A stretch of DNA of 64,000 bases from Candidatus Latescibacterota bacterium. Lineage in GTDB: Bacteria > Latescibacterota > UBA2968 > UBA8231. Within the stretch, counting starts at the first letter, position 1. The number at the start of each line of letters is the position of its first letter. Of this stretch, positions 31,363-40,700 are shown piece by piece. Both the position numbers and the translations under genes were made by a program. Location of the stretch: the NCBI GenBank assembly GCA_965197905.1, contig CBDAOB010000004.1:1504001-1568000 (forward strand), written 5' to 3'. The notes beneath the pieces are model-generated. The model was not told the origin of the DNA. It saw only the letters and a list, made by a program, of their open reading frames with translations, and did no database searches.

Positions 31363-31814
31363 AGGCTGAACGAGGTATGCGGATCGCCTCAGGGATCTTG
31401 TCATGCCTCCTCTTTGTGGGATTTTCCCAGGCAGCGGCGCAGGAAAATGAGATTGCGGCTGCCAACGACAGTTTGCCGGTCAACCCGCGGAGCGCCTTGT
31501 TGCGCTCGGCAGTAGTACCTGGATGGGGCCAATGGCACAATGGTCACCCCTGGAAGGCGGCGCTGTTCGCTGGAGCTGCATCCGGTTTTCTCACCAGCGC
31601 GCTGCTGGAGGTTCGATCCTTGGACGACGCCACCACGGCGGCGGAGCGGGAGACGCGGTCCAACCGACGCAACACCCGGTTCCTCTACTTCGGATTGACC
31701 GTTACCCTGGCCGCCATTGACGCCTTCGTCGACGCGCACCTGGCCGGCTTTGACCGGATTGGCGTGGCGCCTTCCAAGGGTGCGATTTATATGCGACTCG
31801 ACCTGCGTCGGTAG
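31359..31814 (+). CDS. DUF5683-like membrane protein
   Basis: PRSALLRSAVVPGWGQWHN...WKA and IDAFVDAHL. ATGA overlap with fmt. Confidence 0.75.
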   Translation: MKAERGMRIASGILSCLLFVGFSQAAAQENEIAAANDSLPVNPRSALLRSAVVPGWGQWHNGHPWKAALFAGAASGFLTSALLEVRSLDDATTAAERETRSNRRNTRFLYFGLTVTLAAIDAFVDAHLAGFDRIGVAPSKGAIYMRLDLRR

Positions 31815-31967
31815 CCGTACCCGAGCCGACAGCTTTCGGGTGCGGATCTTCGGTAACATCTCCGTAACCCTCGTTACCCAAACAATTCTCCCACCATATT
31901 GTCGTCCTGCCTGAACCGTTCCTGGCCCATCGATTGCACCATCATGGTGCAAACAAGGGAGCGGAAC

Positions 31968-32738
31968 GTGGCCAATTTTTTTCGTGGAGCCTGTTTCATC
32001 CTGTTGCTGCCGGCAGGGCCGCTAGGTGCGGCTTTTGAGCTCGACGAAGCGGAGATTCAGCCTCCTGCTCTCGGTCGGGAAGAAGGTGGAGATCCCGCCC
32101 ACCTAGCAACGGCGGCGTGTTGGCGTTGGTCGTTTAGCTATCATCTGCCGTTTGGGCTGCGGGAGTTGCAGTATTCCGCCGCCAGGGTTGACGGACCCGT
32201 GTACGGGCTGGGCGTCGGTTTCGGGGCAAGCTCTTCCGGGTTCCATCTTCACCGGAAGACCACTTTCCGGATAGGTGCCGGCCGTAGCTTCGGCCCTACA
32301 AGCATTGGTGTGGCGGTCGAACACCTCCTGTTGCAGCAACGAGGAAAAGGAATCCGGGACTTCAGGCGCTGGGTCTCCGCATGGCGAGCCAGACTGAGCG
32401 ATCGCACCTCGCTCCGTGGTTCCTTCACATCTGACATCGATGGGGTCAGCGACCGACGCTGGAGCTTCGCTCTCCTCCGGCAACTCGATGGAGGTGGCTC
32501 CTTGTCTGTCAGAACGCAGCGACGGTCTGGAAAACCACGAGTGATCGGCATAGCGTTGTTACACCCCCCGCACGATCAGGTGGCGATACTCCTGGGCACC
32601 CGATCCGCACCTCGGCGGTTTGCATTCAGACTTGGGCTGAACTTCGGCATCCTGTCGCTGCACCAGGTTGTGCACACCCACAGCCAATTGGGCCCCAGCC
32701 ATACGACACAACTAGGGACGACTTGTAGGAGCCGATAA
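31968..32738 (+). CDS. Hypothetical secreted beta-strand-rich protein, possibly a divergent PorV/PorQ-like barrel
   Basis: Signal-like N-terminus; DPAHL..., SYHLPFGLREL and C-terminal H.QLG.SH resemble the NPA.L / PFGL.EL / HP.LG.SH pattern of that barrel group. Confidence 0.5.
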   Translation: MANFFRGACFILLLPAGPLGAAFELDEAEIQPPALGREEGGDPAHLATAACWRWSFSYHLPFGLRELQYSAARVDGPVYGLGVGFGASSSGFHLHRKTTFRIGAGRSFGPTSIGVAVEHLLLQQRGKGIRDFRRWVSAWRARLSDRTSLRGSFTSDIDGVSDRRWSFALLRQLDGGGSLSVRTQRRSGKPRVIGIALLHPPHDQVAILLGTRSAPRRFAFRLGLNFGILSLHQVVHTHSQLGPSHTTQLGTTCRSR

Positions 32739-32797
32739 AAGCCAGTATGTTTCCGAACCATGCCGACCTCTCCGCTACTCGTCGCACCCGTTTTCGC

Positions 32798-33397
32798 ATG
32801 TTCTCCAAGCGTCTGATAACGTGCCAGCTGCTGGTGGCGTTTACCATCGCGCTGACGGTCGCCCACTGCGGCGAGACCAATCGCAGCAGCAACTTGCAGC
32901 TGCCCAATCCGGCACCGGGGGCGAGGGAACCCGAGCTCAACCTCAAAGCCGAGCTCAACGGTCGATATATCGGCGAAATCAGCATCGATGGCACGCGCTG
33001 GGCGGCGACGGGACCTGGTCAAGATATCGCGTTGACCTTTGATGCCATCGGCCTCGAGCAGGTAGTCCAATTCGAACTCATCGTCGAAACCGAGCCGGCT
33101 AATCTCTTCGATTTCGATGCTTCCAGTTTTGCACCACAGGGACCGTTTGTCACCTTCGGTTCGGGAGTGGAGGCTATTGGGGAAGACAGATTGCGTTTCG
33201 GTGGAGCGAATCTGCGCAGTCCTGTCGCTGGCGACCGCACCCTGGGAACACTCTCCCTGACCACGGCGGCAGGGTTCAGCGCCTCCACCAGCGTCCGCGT
33301 GCGGCTCGTGTTTTTCTCCATTGGACCGAGTTCCTCCGAGCGCGATTCCTACGATGCCGACCAGTTGAACATGGGTGTTGTTGTAAATGCAAGATAG
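32798..33397 (+). CDS. Hypothetical (lipo)protein with cohesin-like beta-sandwich
   Basis: Hydrophobic leader ending VAHC; pattern QFELIV.......FD...F...GGA....VAGDRTLGTL.L. Confidence 0.55.
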   Translation: MFSKRLITCQLLVAFTIALTVAHCGETNRSSNLQLPNPAPGAREPELNLKAELNGRYIGEISIDGTRWAATGPGQDIALTFDAIGLEQVVQFELIVETEPANLFDFDASSFAPQGPFVTFGSGVEAIGEDRLRFGGANLRSPVAGDRTLGTLSLTTAAGFSASTSVRVRLVFFSIGPSSSERDSYDADQLNMGVVVNAR

Positions 33398-33420
33398 CGC
33401 ACTCGTTGCACCATCCGTTA

Positions 33421-33449
33421 TTGACGATCGAAAGGCGATGGATTAGTTT
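33421..33449 (+). promoter_or_regulatory. Putative sigma70 promoter for tRNA-Ala
   Basis: TTGACG-N17-TAGTTT, 15 nt upstream of the tRNA. Confidence 0.6.
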
Positions 33450-33464
33450 TTCAATCTCCCATGG

Positions 33465-33540
<76 letters not shown>

Positions 33541-33549
33541 TTTGAAATC

Positions 33550-33590
33550 AAACGCAACTCTCGGTCGTGAATAGGAGTTGCGTTTTTTAT
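33550..33590 (+). terminator. Intrinsic terminator after tRNA-Ala
   Basis: AAACGCAACTC...GAGTTGCGTTT stem followed by further T residues. Confidence 0.85.
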
Positions 33591-33615
33591 TGTGTGCATC
33601 CCCGTTGTCGCCTAA

Positions 33616-34368
33616 ATGCTACCGGAAAAATCGAACGAAGGTCACCAGCGGATCGTCGTAGTGATGCCGGCCTACAACGCCGCGCGGACGCTCAAACTGA
33701 CCTATGACGATCTACCCCATGAGATCATCGATAACATTATCCTTGTTGACGACGGTAGCGAAGATGCCACGGTGGGCATTGCCAGGTCACTGAACCTGAA
33801 AATCTTCATCCACGACCGAAATCGGGGATACGGAGCGAATCAGAAGACCTGTTATGCGGAGGCGTTAAATGACAACGCCACGATCGTGGTGATGGTTCAC
33901 CCGGATTACCAGTACGATCCCACCTTGTTGCCTGAAATCGTCGCGCCCATTCAGGCAGGTCGTGTCGACGTGGTGCTTGGATCGAGAATGATGGGGCCCA
34001 GCGCCTACAAACAGGGGATGCCGTGGTGGAAATACGTTGGCAACAAGATCCTTACGGGAATAGAAAATTACTGCTTTGACCTCAACCTATCCGAATATCA
34101 CACCGGGTACCGCGCCTACAGCGCCGAGGTTCTAGAGACGGTTGATTTCCACGAAAATTCTGATGGCTTCGTATTCGACCAGGAACTCATCGGCCAGATT
34201 GTTCGCGGTCGTTTCAGGATCGCCGAGGTGTCGGTTCCCGTGCGCTACTTCCCCGAAGCTTCCTCGATCGGATTTGTCGGAAGTACGGTCTACGGTTTCC
34301 GCATAATCTTGCTGCTGGCTCGGTTTCTCCTAGGACACCGGCGAGCGCGAGGTGAGGACGGCCACTGA
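33616..34368 (+). CDS. GT2 glycosyltransferase, polyprenol-phosphate sugar synthase (DPM1-like)
   Basis: MPAYNAA, VDDGS.D, N.GYGANQK, HPDYQYDP, GSR and HTGYRAY. Confidence 0.9.
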   Translation: MLPEKSNEGHQRIVVVMPAYNAARTLKLTYDDLPHEIIDNIILVDDGSEDATVGIARSLNLKIFIHDRNRGYGANQKTCYAEALNDNATIVVMVHPDYQYDPTLLPEIVAPIQAGRVDVVLGSRMMGPSAYKQGMPWWKYVGNKILTGIENYCFDLNLSEYHTGYRAYSAEVLETVDFHENSDGFVFDQELIGQIVRGRFRIAEVSVPVRYFPEASSIGFVGSTVYGFRIILLLARFLLGHRRARGEDGH

Positions 34369-34431
34369 GCCCGCCCGCCGCTTGGTGTTCTCCAGTATCG
34401 CTTCCCTCGGAGGCATGACGGGATACGAGAG

Positions 34432-36291
34432 ATGTCGCTGAGTGTCACGAAGTCATGTTTCACATCCACGCTCATCCTTCTTGTCGGACTTGGCGTTTAC
34501 TACAACAGCCTGCCGAACCCGTTCGTTTTCGACGATCTGGAGTTCATCGTAGATAATCCCGATATCCGCTCCATCTGGCCGCCCGCTTGGGCGCGTCCCA
34601 ACGACTTGCCTCATGCATCCCTCAACGGACGTCCGCTGGTCTCGCTCTCCCTGGCGCTGAACTTCGCCGTCGGCGAACTGCGGGTGCACGGTTACCGCAT
34701 GGTGAATCTAGCCGTGCATCTCGCGAACACCTTGGCTCTGCTTGGCCTTTTGCGACGCTTGCTGCAGCAAGATTGGGCTCGTTATCGATTCGGCACCTCG
34801 ACTCCGCATCTCGCCGCCGGCATCGCCTTGCTGTGGATGGTGCATCCGCTGCAGACCGAGTGCGTCAACTACATCTCCCAACGCAGTGAGTCTATCATGG
34901 GATTCAATTTTCTCATGACATTCTACTGTCTGATGCGCGGAGCTGCAACGCATCGCCTTGGCTGGTACTGCGGCGCGGTGCTTTTTTGTGCTCTGGGAAT
35001 GATGAGCAAGGAGGTGATGGCCACCGTGCCATTGTTGGCGATGCTGTTCGACCGCACGTTCGTGGCGGGCAGCTTCAGGGAGGCCTGGCAGCGGCGCTGG
35101 GGTCTGTATATCGGACTGGGAGCCGGATGGCTCATTCTTGTCAGACAGCTGTGGAGTGATCCCCATATTGGCATGATCGGATTTTCGACGATACATCCAT
35201 GGGAGTATGCCCTCAACCAGTGCGATGTTCTTTCCCGGTACGTGAGGTTGGTGTTCTGGCCGGATCGCCTGCTGCTCGATTACGGTCCGCCAGTGCCCTT
35301 GAGTGTGGCAGATATCGCGCCTCAAGCGGCGCTGGTGTTGACGCTTCTGATAGGGGTGATCGCAGCGCTCAAACATCGGCCTCGAGTCGGATTTGCCGGG
35401 GCCTGGTTCTTCATCATTCTGGCGCCCACCTCGAGTTTTCTGCCGATCCTCACCGAAGCGGGCGCGGAGCGTCGACTCTACCTGCCATCGGCGAGTCTGA
35501 TAACGCTCGTCTTCCTGCTCGTGGCTGCCTTCATCTGTCGGCGGGATAAGCCGGAAATGGGATATGGGTGGAAAGCGGTCGGCGGGGTTCTGTTTGCAAT
35601 TGCTTTCGGTTCTCTCGCGTTCAAGACCGTGGAACGCAACCGTGAATACAGCAGCGCCCTCTCGATCTGGCAGACTGTGGTTGACCGGGCGCCAGGCAAC
35701 CATCGAGGCCACAACAATCTCGGTGTTCAGCTGGCGGCGGCCGGCCAACTCGAGCGCGCCATCGAGCATTACCGCGAGGCATTGCGTATCTATCCCGGGT
35801 ATGTCGACGCCCGTATAAACCTTGGCAATGCGCTGGCCGGCGGCGGTCACTGGGCGCAGGCAATCGAGCAGTTCCGTTACGCGCTGAAAGTCAACCGCGA
35901 GGTAGCGGAGCTGCACTACAACCTCGGCCGGGCGCTGGCCGCGAGCAGACAGGCGACGCAAGCGGTCGTCCACTATCGCGAAGCCTTGCGTCTCGACCCC
36001 CAGTACGCCAAAGCCCACAACAATATCGGTGCCGTATACCTATCCGGTGAGCGCATCTCCGGTGAGCGCATCGATCTGGCGATCGATCACCTTCGTGCGG
36101 CGGTGGGCATCGACCCCGATTTTGCCGGCGCCCATTACAATCTGGGAATGGCTCTGGAGTTTCGGGGACAGCTGGACGCCGCACTGGAGCAGTACCACAA
36201 GGCCGTGGCTCTGGAGCCCGGCCGGAATGATTGGCGCGAGAATCTGACCCGGGCGCGCCGGTTGCTTGAATCGGAAGGCTCCGCAAAATAG
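34432..36291 (+). CDS. TMTC-like multi-pass membrane glycosyltransferase (GT-C) with C-terminal TPR repeats
   Basis: FVFDD...I.DNP, RPL, HPLQTECV.YISQRSE, SKE and AERRLYLP, followed by several TPRs. Confidence 0.85.
   Translation: MSLSVTKSCFTSTLILLVGLGVYYNSLPNPFVFDDLEFIVDNPDIRSIWPPAWARPNDLPHASLNGRPLVSLSLALNFAVGELRVHGYRMVNLAVHLANTLALLGLLRRLLQQDWARYRFGTSTPHLAAGIALLWMVHPLQTECVNYISQRSESIMGFNFLMTFYCLMRGAATHRLGWYCGAVLFCALGMMSKEVMATVPLLAMLFDRTFVAGSFREAWQRRWGLYIGLGAGWLILVRQLWSDPHIGMIGFSTIHPWEYALNQCDVLSRYVRLVFWPDRLLLDYGPPVPLSVADIAPQAALVLTLLIGVIAALKHRPRVGFAGAWFFIILAPTSSFLPILTEAGAERRLYLPSASLITLVFLLVAAFICRRDKPEMGYGWKAVGGVLFAIAFGSLAFKTVERNREYSSALSIWQTVVDRAPGNHRGHNNLGVQLAAAGQLERAIEHYREALRIYPGYVDARINLGNALAGGGHWAQAIEQFRYALKVNREVAELHYNLGRALAASRQATQAVVHYREALRLDPQYAKAHNNIGAVYLSGERISGERIDLAIDHLRAAVGIDPDFAGAHYNLGMALEFRGQLDAALEQYHKAVALEPGRNDWRENLTRARRLLESEGSAK
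36043..36072 (+). repeat. Perfect in-frame 15-bp tandem duplication (TCCGGTGAGCGCATC x2; SGERI-SGERI)
   Basis: Directly visible at 36043-36057 and 36058-36072. Confidence 0.9.
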
Positions 36292-36334
36292 CGGATCGCC
36301 GCGTTGCCCGGACCCTACACCAGCGGGGTGAGAA

Positions 36335-36751
36335 TCAGCCGGATTTCGTGTCTATTTTTCGCTCCCCGTACGGTACCGCGCAAAGTTCAGTGTCGCATTC
36401 CATGCGACCGAAGCGGTGGCGGTTGCGGGCGATTAGGGAGTAGCCGATACGAAATAGCTGCCGCAGTACGGGCACCTTGTAGATCCAGGCGATGAGGTGG
36501 TAGGGCGGCATGCGACGGTAGATCTGATGGACGGCATCGGCACCGACAAAAACCCTCGTGTCGACATCGATCAGCCGGAGGCCGGTATTGAAATCCGAGG
36601 CTGCCAATACCGGAAAGCGCGTCTCGGCCCCTGGGGTTTGTCGAGGCAGGTATTCGAACTGCCGGCGGCGGTCGCGCTTTTGAATGCGTCGCACGCTCCA
36701 GTCGCAGAAGCGACATTCGCCGTCGTACACGATGACCGGGCTATTCGTCAT
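36335..36751 (-). CDS. DCC1-like thiol-disulfide oxidoreductase (DUF393)
   Basis: VYDGECRFC and Y..IARNR. Start at ATG 36751. Confidence 0.9.
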   Translation of the reverse strand: MTNSPVIVYDGECRFCDWSVRRIQKRDRRRQFEYLPRQTPGAETRFPVLAASDFNTGLRLIDVDTRVFVGADAVHQIYRRMPPYHLIAWIYKVPVLRQLFRIGYSLIARNRHRFGRMECDTELCAVPYGERKIDTKSG

Positions 36752-37304
36752 CTGCAGGTTCCTCCCCGTCGCTGCCCTCATCATCGCTGTCGGCCTCATC
36801 ATCTCCGTATTCGTCGTCTAACCCGTTATCCTCTTCATCTTCTTCGCTGGCCGCCGACTGCAACGACTCCACCAGCAATCCCGTGTCCTCCAGGCGGTTA
36901 CTAAGAAGAGCGACCAGGTTGTAGAGCAACTTGATGTGCATATCCTTGTCTCTCTTCAAAACCTCGATGAGGTTCCTTCTTTTGATGACAATGCCAACGG
37001 AAGGTTCGTACGAGGCTATGCGGGCCGAACGGGGATGTCCGGTGAACATACCCATTTCACCGACGGATCCGCCGGGAAGGATCAGCGCCAACTGCTCACC
37101 TGAATCCCCGACTACGCTCAGCTCCCCCTTTAGAAGAATCAGCATATCATCGCTCGGTTCCCCTCTCGCATAGATAGTTTCTCCCGGAGAGATGGGAACC
37201 GATGTGCAAATCTTCAAGATAGCGAGGATCTGATGTTGGTCGAATCCTTGGAAAATCGGAATCTTCTGAACTATCTTTAGAATTTCAAAATCTTTCTTCT
37301 GCAA
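36741..37304 (-). CDS. Stand-alone cyclic nucleotide-binding domain protein with acidic tail
   Basis: IPIFQG, GE.SD.M.ILLKG.L.V and GEMGMFTGHPRSA; no HTH; D/E-rich C-terminus. Confidence 0.88.
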   Translation of the reverse strand: MQKKDFEILKIVQKIPIFQGFDQHQILAILKICTSVPISPGETIYARGEPSDDMLILLKGELSVVGDSGEQLALILPGGSVGEMGMFTGHPRSARIASYEPSVGIVIKRRNLIEVLKRDKDMHIKLLYNLVALLSNRLEDTGLLVESLQSAASEEDEEDNGLDDEYGDDEADSDDEGSDGEEPADDE

Positions 37305-37378
37305 CTCGTCTGCCTCGATATTGCGTTCTGCTTGAATCTCGGAATCGACAATTCCCTTGGTAACGATTTATTTAGAGT

Positions 37379-37675
37379 GTGCCGAGTCTCAGACAAATCA
37401 TCTGGATGCGTCAACAGTGGCGGCGCTACCAAAAGCTGATCGGAATCGGAACGATCGGTTTGTGGACAGTCTGCTCCTCCGGCATTCTGCTGCTGAACGA
37501 CGAAGACTTCATCGTGCGCATGGCATTGCTGGCCATGTTCGTATTGTGCACCCCGCTGAGTCTGTACCTTTACCTGACAACGCGCAAGGAAACTCGCAAC
37601 CTGGATCGGGAAGCGGCGGAAATGCGGCTGCAAGAGCAGATCAACTCCGACACCAGATCCGGTTCAAATCGCTGA
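37379..37675 (+). CDS. Small two-TM hypothetical membrane protein
   Basis: Two hydrophobic segments and gene-like codon usage. Confidence 0.6.
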   Translation: MPSLRQIIWMRQQWRRYQKLIGIGTIGLWTVCSSGILLLNDEDFIVRMALLAMFVLCTPLSLYLYLTTRKETRNLDREAAEMRLQEQINSDTRSGSNR

Positions 37676-37689
37676 GCCGTCGTCCTTTC

Positions 37690-37719
37690 TTGACATAGAA
37701 CTTCCACCCCCCTTATCTT
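37690..37719 (+). promoter_or_regulatory. Putative sigma70 promoter for the mfd gene string
   Basis: TTGACA-N18-TATCTT. Confidence 0.55.
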
Positions 37720-37792
37720 AAATCGATTGTTGCCAACCAGTTGCGTATGTAGGATGGACGCGACCTGGAAAGGCCTTTTTGTGTTCTAATAT

Positions 37793-40700
37793 ATGGATTC
37801 TACCGGCTCACTAGACGAAATTGCGCGAAAAACTGCGCAGACCTCTTCCTTCAAGGAAGTGGTCAGTAGACTGAATTGCGGCGCAAAACAGGTCCTCCTG
37901 CAAGGCCTGCCGGACACCCTCTTCTCCTTCCTGCTCACCCACGTTCAACGCTCCACCCGCAAGCAGATGCTTGTCGTCGCCAGCGACGAGGACACTGCCG
38001 AACGCTGGCGCGACGATCTCCAGGCGATCGCCGGCGAAGACATCGTGAAGTACTTCCCGGCCTGGGATATAGATCTGTTCGAATCGCGATCTCCGGATCC
38101 AGAGATTAGCGAGCTGCGAATCGTCGCGGCAACCTCTTTGCTGGATCGCGAACCCACCATAGTGGTGGCACCCATCGAAGCCCTGGTGACCCCCCTCATT
38201 CCCGCCCATGCGCTGGATCTGGGCACGGTGCGGTTGCGCGTGGGGGCCGAACACTCCCTGGAGGACTTGACCTCCCATTTAGCCGACTGTGGTTTCGAAC
38301 GCGTTTCCATGATCGACGCCATTGGTCAATACAGCGTGCGAGGTGGAATCCTCGACATCTATCCATTCGGCGCGGACAACCCTTTCCGGCTTGAATTCTT
38401 CGGCGATGAAATCGAGTCGATTCGCACCTTCGATGTCGCCACCCAGCGTTCTGTAAGCAGCTGCCGGGAAGCACTGATTCCACCCGCCCGTGAAGTGCTT
38501 TTGATCTCGCCGCTCTTCGAGGATTACCTGGAGCGGATCGATGCCGCCCGGGTTAACGCCGGCGGGGAGCTGAACAATCTCAGGGATCAGCTGGAACTGG
38601 GTGCTTCTCTCGAGGGGATCGAAAGTTACATGTCGGTGCTCTACGATCTCGGAAACGGCCTGTTCGACTACCTGGCCGAGCCCCTGGTATTTGCGCCGGA
38701 GGGCGAAGAGCTGAACAGCGCCGTCGAGCAGGTTCTCGAGAAAGCCCGCAAGGAGCACAAACGGCGATCGTTCGAACACCCCTTCGATGCTTACCTGCCC
38801 CCCGCCAGCTGGATACCCCAACAACTGGGCCGTTTTCAAGCCCTGCGCTGGGGTGGCGGCGATGACGCGGTCCGCTTCGGTGCCGAGAACCCGCGGGCCG
38901 TCGAAGGGGAGCTCGGCCTGCTGCGGCACGAGATCGATCGCCTGCACGAAGATGAATACGCCATCCACATCCGCTGCGAAACCCAGGCGCAGAATAGCCG
39001 GCTTCAAGAGCTGTTTGCCGACTGGTCGGACCACATCTCCTACGGTCTCGGTACGCTGCAGAGAGGTTTTGTCTTTCCAGAAGCCAAACTGGCGCTGCTC
39101 AACGACCACGAAATCTTTAGCCGCCAGAAACGCCGATACCGCTACCGCAAGTTCAAGGCGGCAACTCCGCTGTCCACCTTCAAGGCGTTGCAGCGGGGCG
39201 ATTTTGTCGTGCACGTGGATTACGGAATCGGGCGCTTCGCCGGCATAAAACGATTGTCGATCGGCGGGATTGTGCACGATTGCCTGCAGGTGTCGTACCA
39301 GAGCTCGGACAAACTGTTCGTTCCGGTGGAGCAGCTGGATAGACTACGCAAATATTCCGGCGCGGAAGCCGATCCACCGCTGCTCAGCAAGCTTGGGGGC
39401 ACAGCGTGGGAGAAGCTGAAAGAGCGCACGCGGGAAGAGATCTTCAAGATGGCAGCGGAGCTGGCACAGCTGTATGCGGAACGGCAGGCACGGTCCGGAT
39501 TCCGCTTTTCAGCGGACGGTCCCATGCAGCGGGAACTGGAGGCCAGTTTTCCGTTTCAGGAAACCCCGGATCAACTACGGACCATGGAAGAGGTCAGTAG
39601 CGACATGGAATCCGGGTCTCCGATGGATCGGCTCGTCTGCGGCGACGTGGGGTATGGTAAAACGGAGGTGGCCATTCGCGCTGCCTTCAAGGCGGTCTGC
39701 GATGGCAAGCAGGTGGCCATTCTTGTACCCACCACCATCCTCGCCGAACAACACTTTCAGACCTTTACCGAGCGCATGGGGCACGTGCCTGCCAAGGTGG
39801 AGGTAATGAGCCGCTTCCGCACCGCCAAGGAGCAGAAGGAGATCGTCGCCAAGGTCAAGAGCGGAAACGTCGATATTCTCATCGGCACCCACCGAATTCT
39901 TTCCAAGGATATCGCTTTCCGCGATCTCGGTCTGTTGGTGGTGGACGAAGAACAGCGATTCGGCGTGCGCCACAAAGAACGCTTGAAGCAGATGAAGCGG
40001 CTGGTGGACGTGTTGACCTTGACGGCCACCCCGATCCCGCGCACCCTGCACATGTCCCTCATGGGCTCCCGCGACATGTCCGTCATCAACACCCCGCCCC
40101 AGGATCGTCTGCCGATTCACACCGAGATCATCTCCTTCGACGAAAACCGCATCGCCGCGGCCATCTTGCGGGAGGTGGAACGCCAGGGCCAGGTCTACTT
40201 TGTACACAACCGAGTGCAGTCGATCTATCGCCTGCAAGATTTCCTTGCCGAGCTGGTACCTCAGGTCCGGTTCGCCGTGGCCCACGGCCAGATGCCGCCG
40301 CGACAGCTGGAAAAGATCATGTTCGACTTCCTGGAACGGAAGTACGACTGTCTGGTCTGTACCATGATTATCGAGTCTGGGATTGACATTCCCTCGGTAA
40401 ACACGATTCTGGTGAATCGGTCCGATGCGCTGGGGCTCAGCCAGCTCTACCAGATTCGCGGCCGGGTGGGCCGCTCAAAGGAACGAGCGTTTGCCTACCT
40501 GCTGGTTCCCAAGGGGAAGAAGCTCACCAAAGAGAGCCGCATGCGTCTGCGCGCCATCGAGGAGTTCGCTGATCTGGGATCCGGATTCAACATCGCCATG
40601 CGCGACATGGAGATTCGCGGTGCGGGCAATCTTCTCGGGGCGCAGCAGCACGGCTTCATCGCCGCTGTAGGTTTCGATCTCTATTGTCGCCTGCTCGAAG

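Noticed and set aside
31815..31900. Hairpin (CCGTACCCGA...TCGGGTGCGG) and repeated GTAAC/GTTAC words as an ncRNA or ECF promoter
   Set aside because: The hairpin lacks a U-tract and the motifs are too short to distinguish from chance.
34708..36018. Long antisense ORFs (e.g. 436 aa here, 428 aa at 28645-29931, 352 aa at 49812-50870)
   Set aside because: Typical high-GC antisense shadows of well-supported genes, with no motifs of their own.
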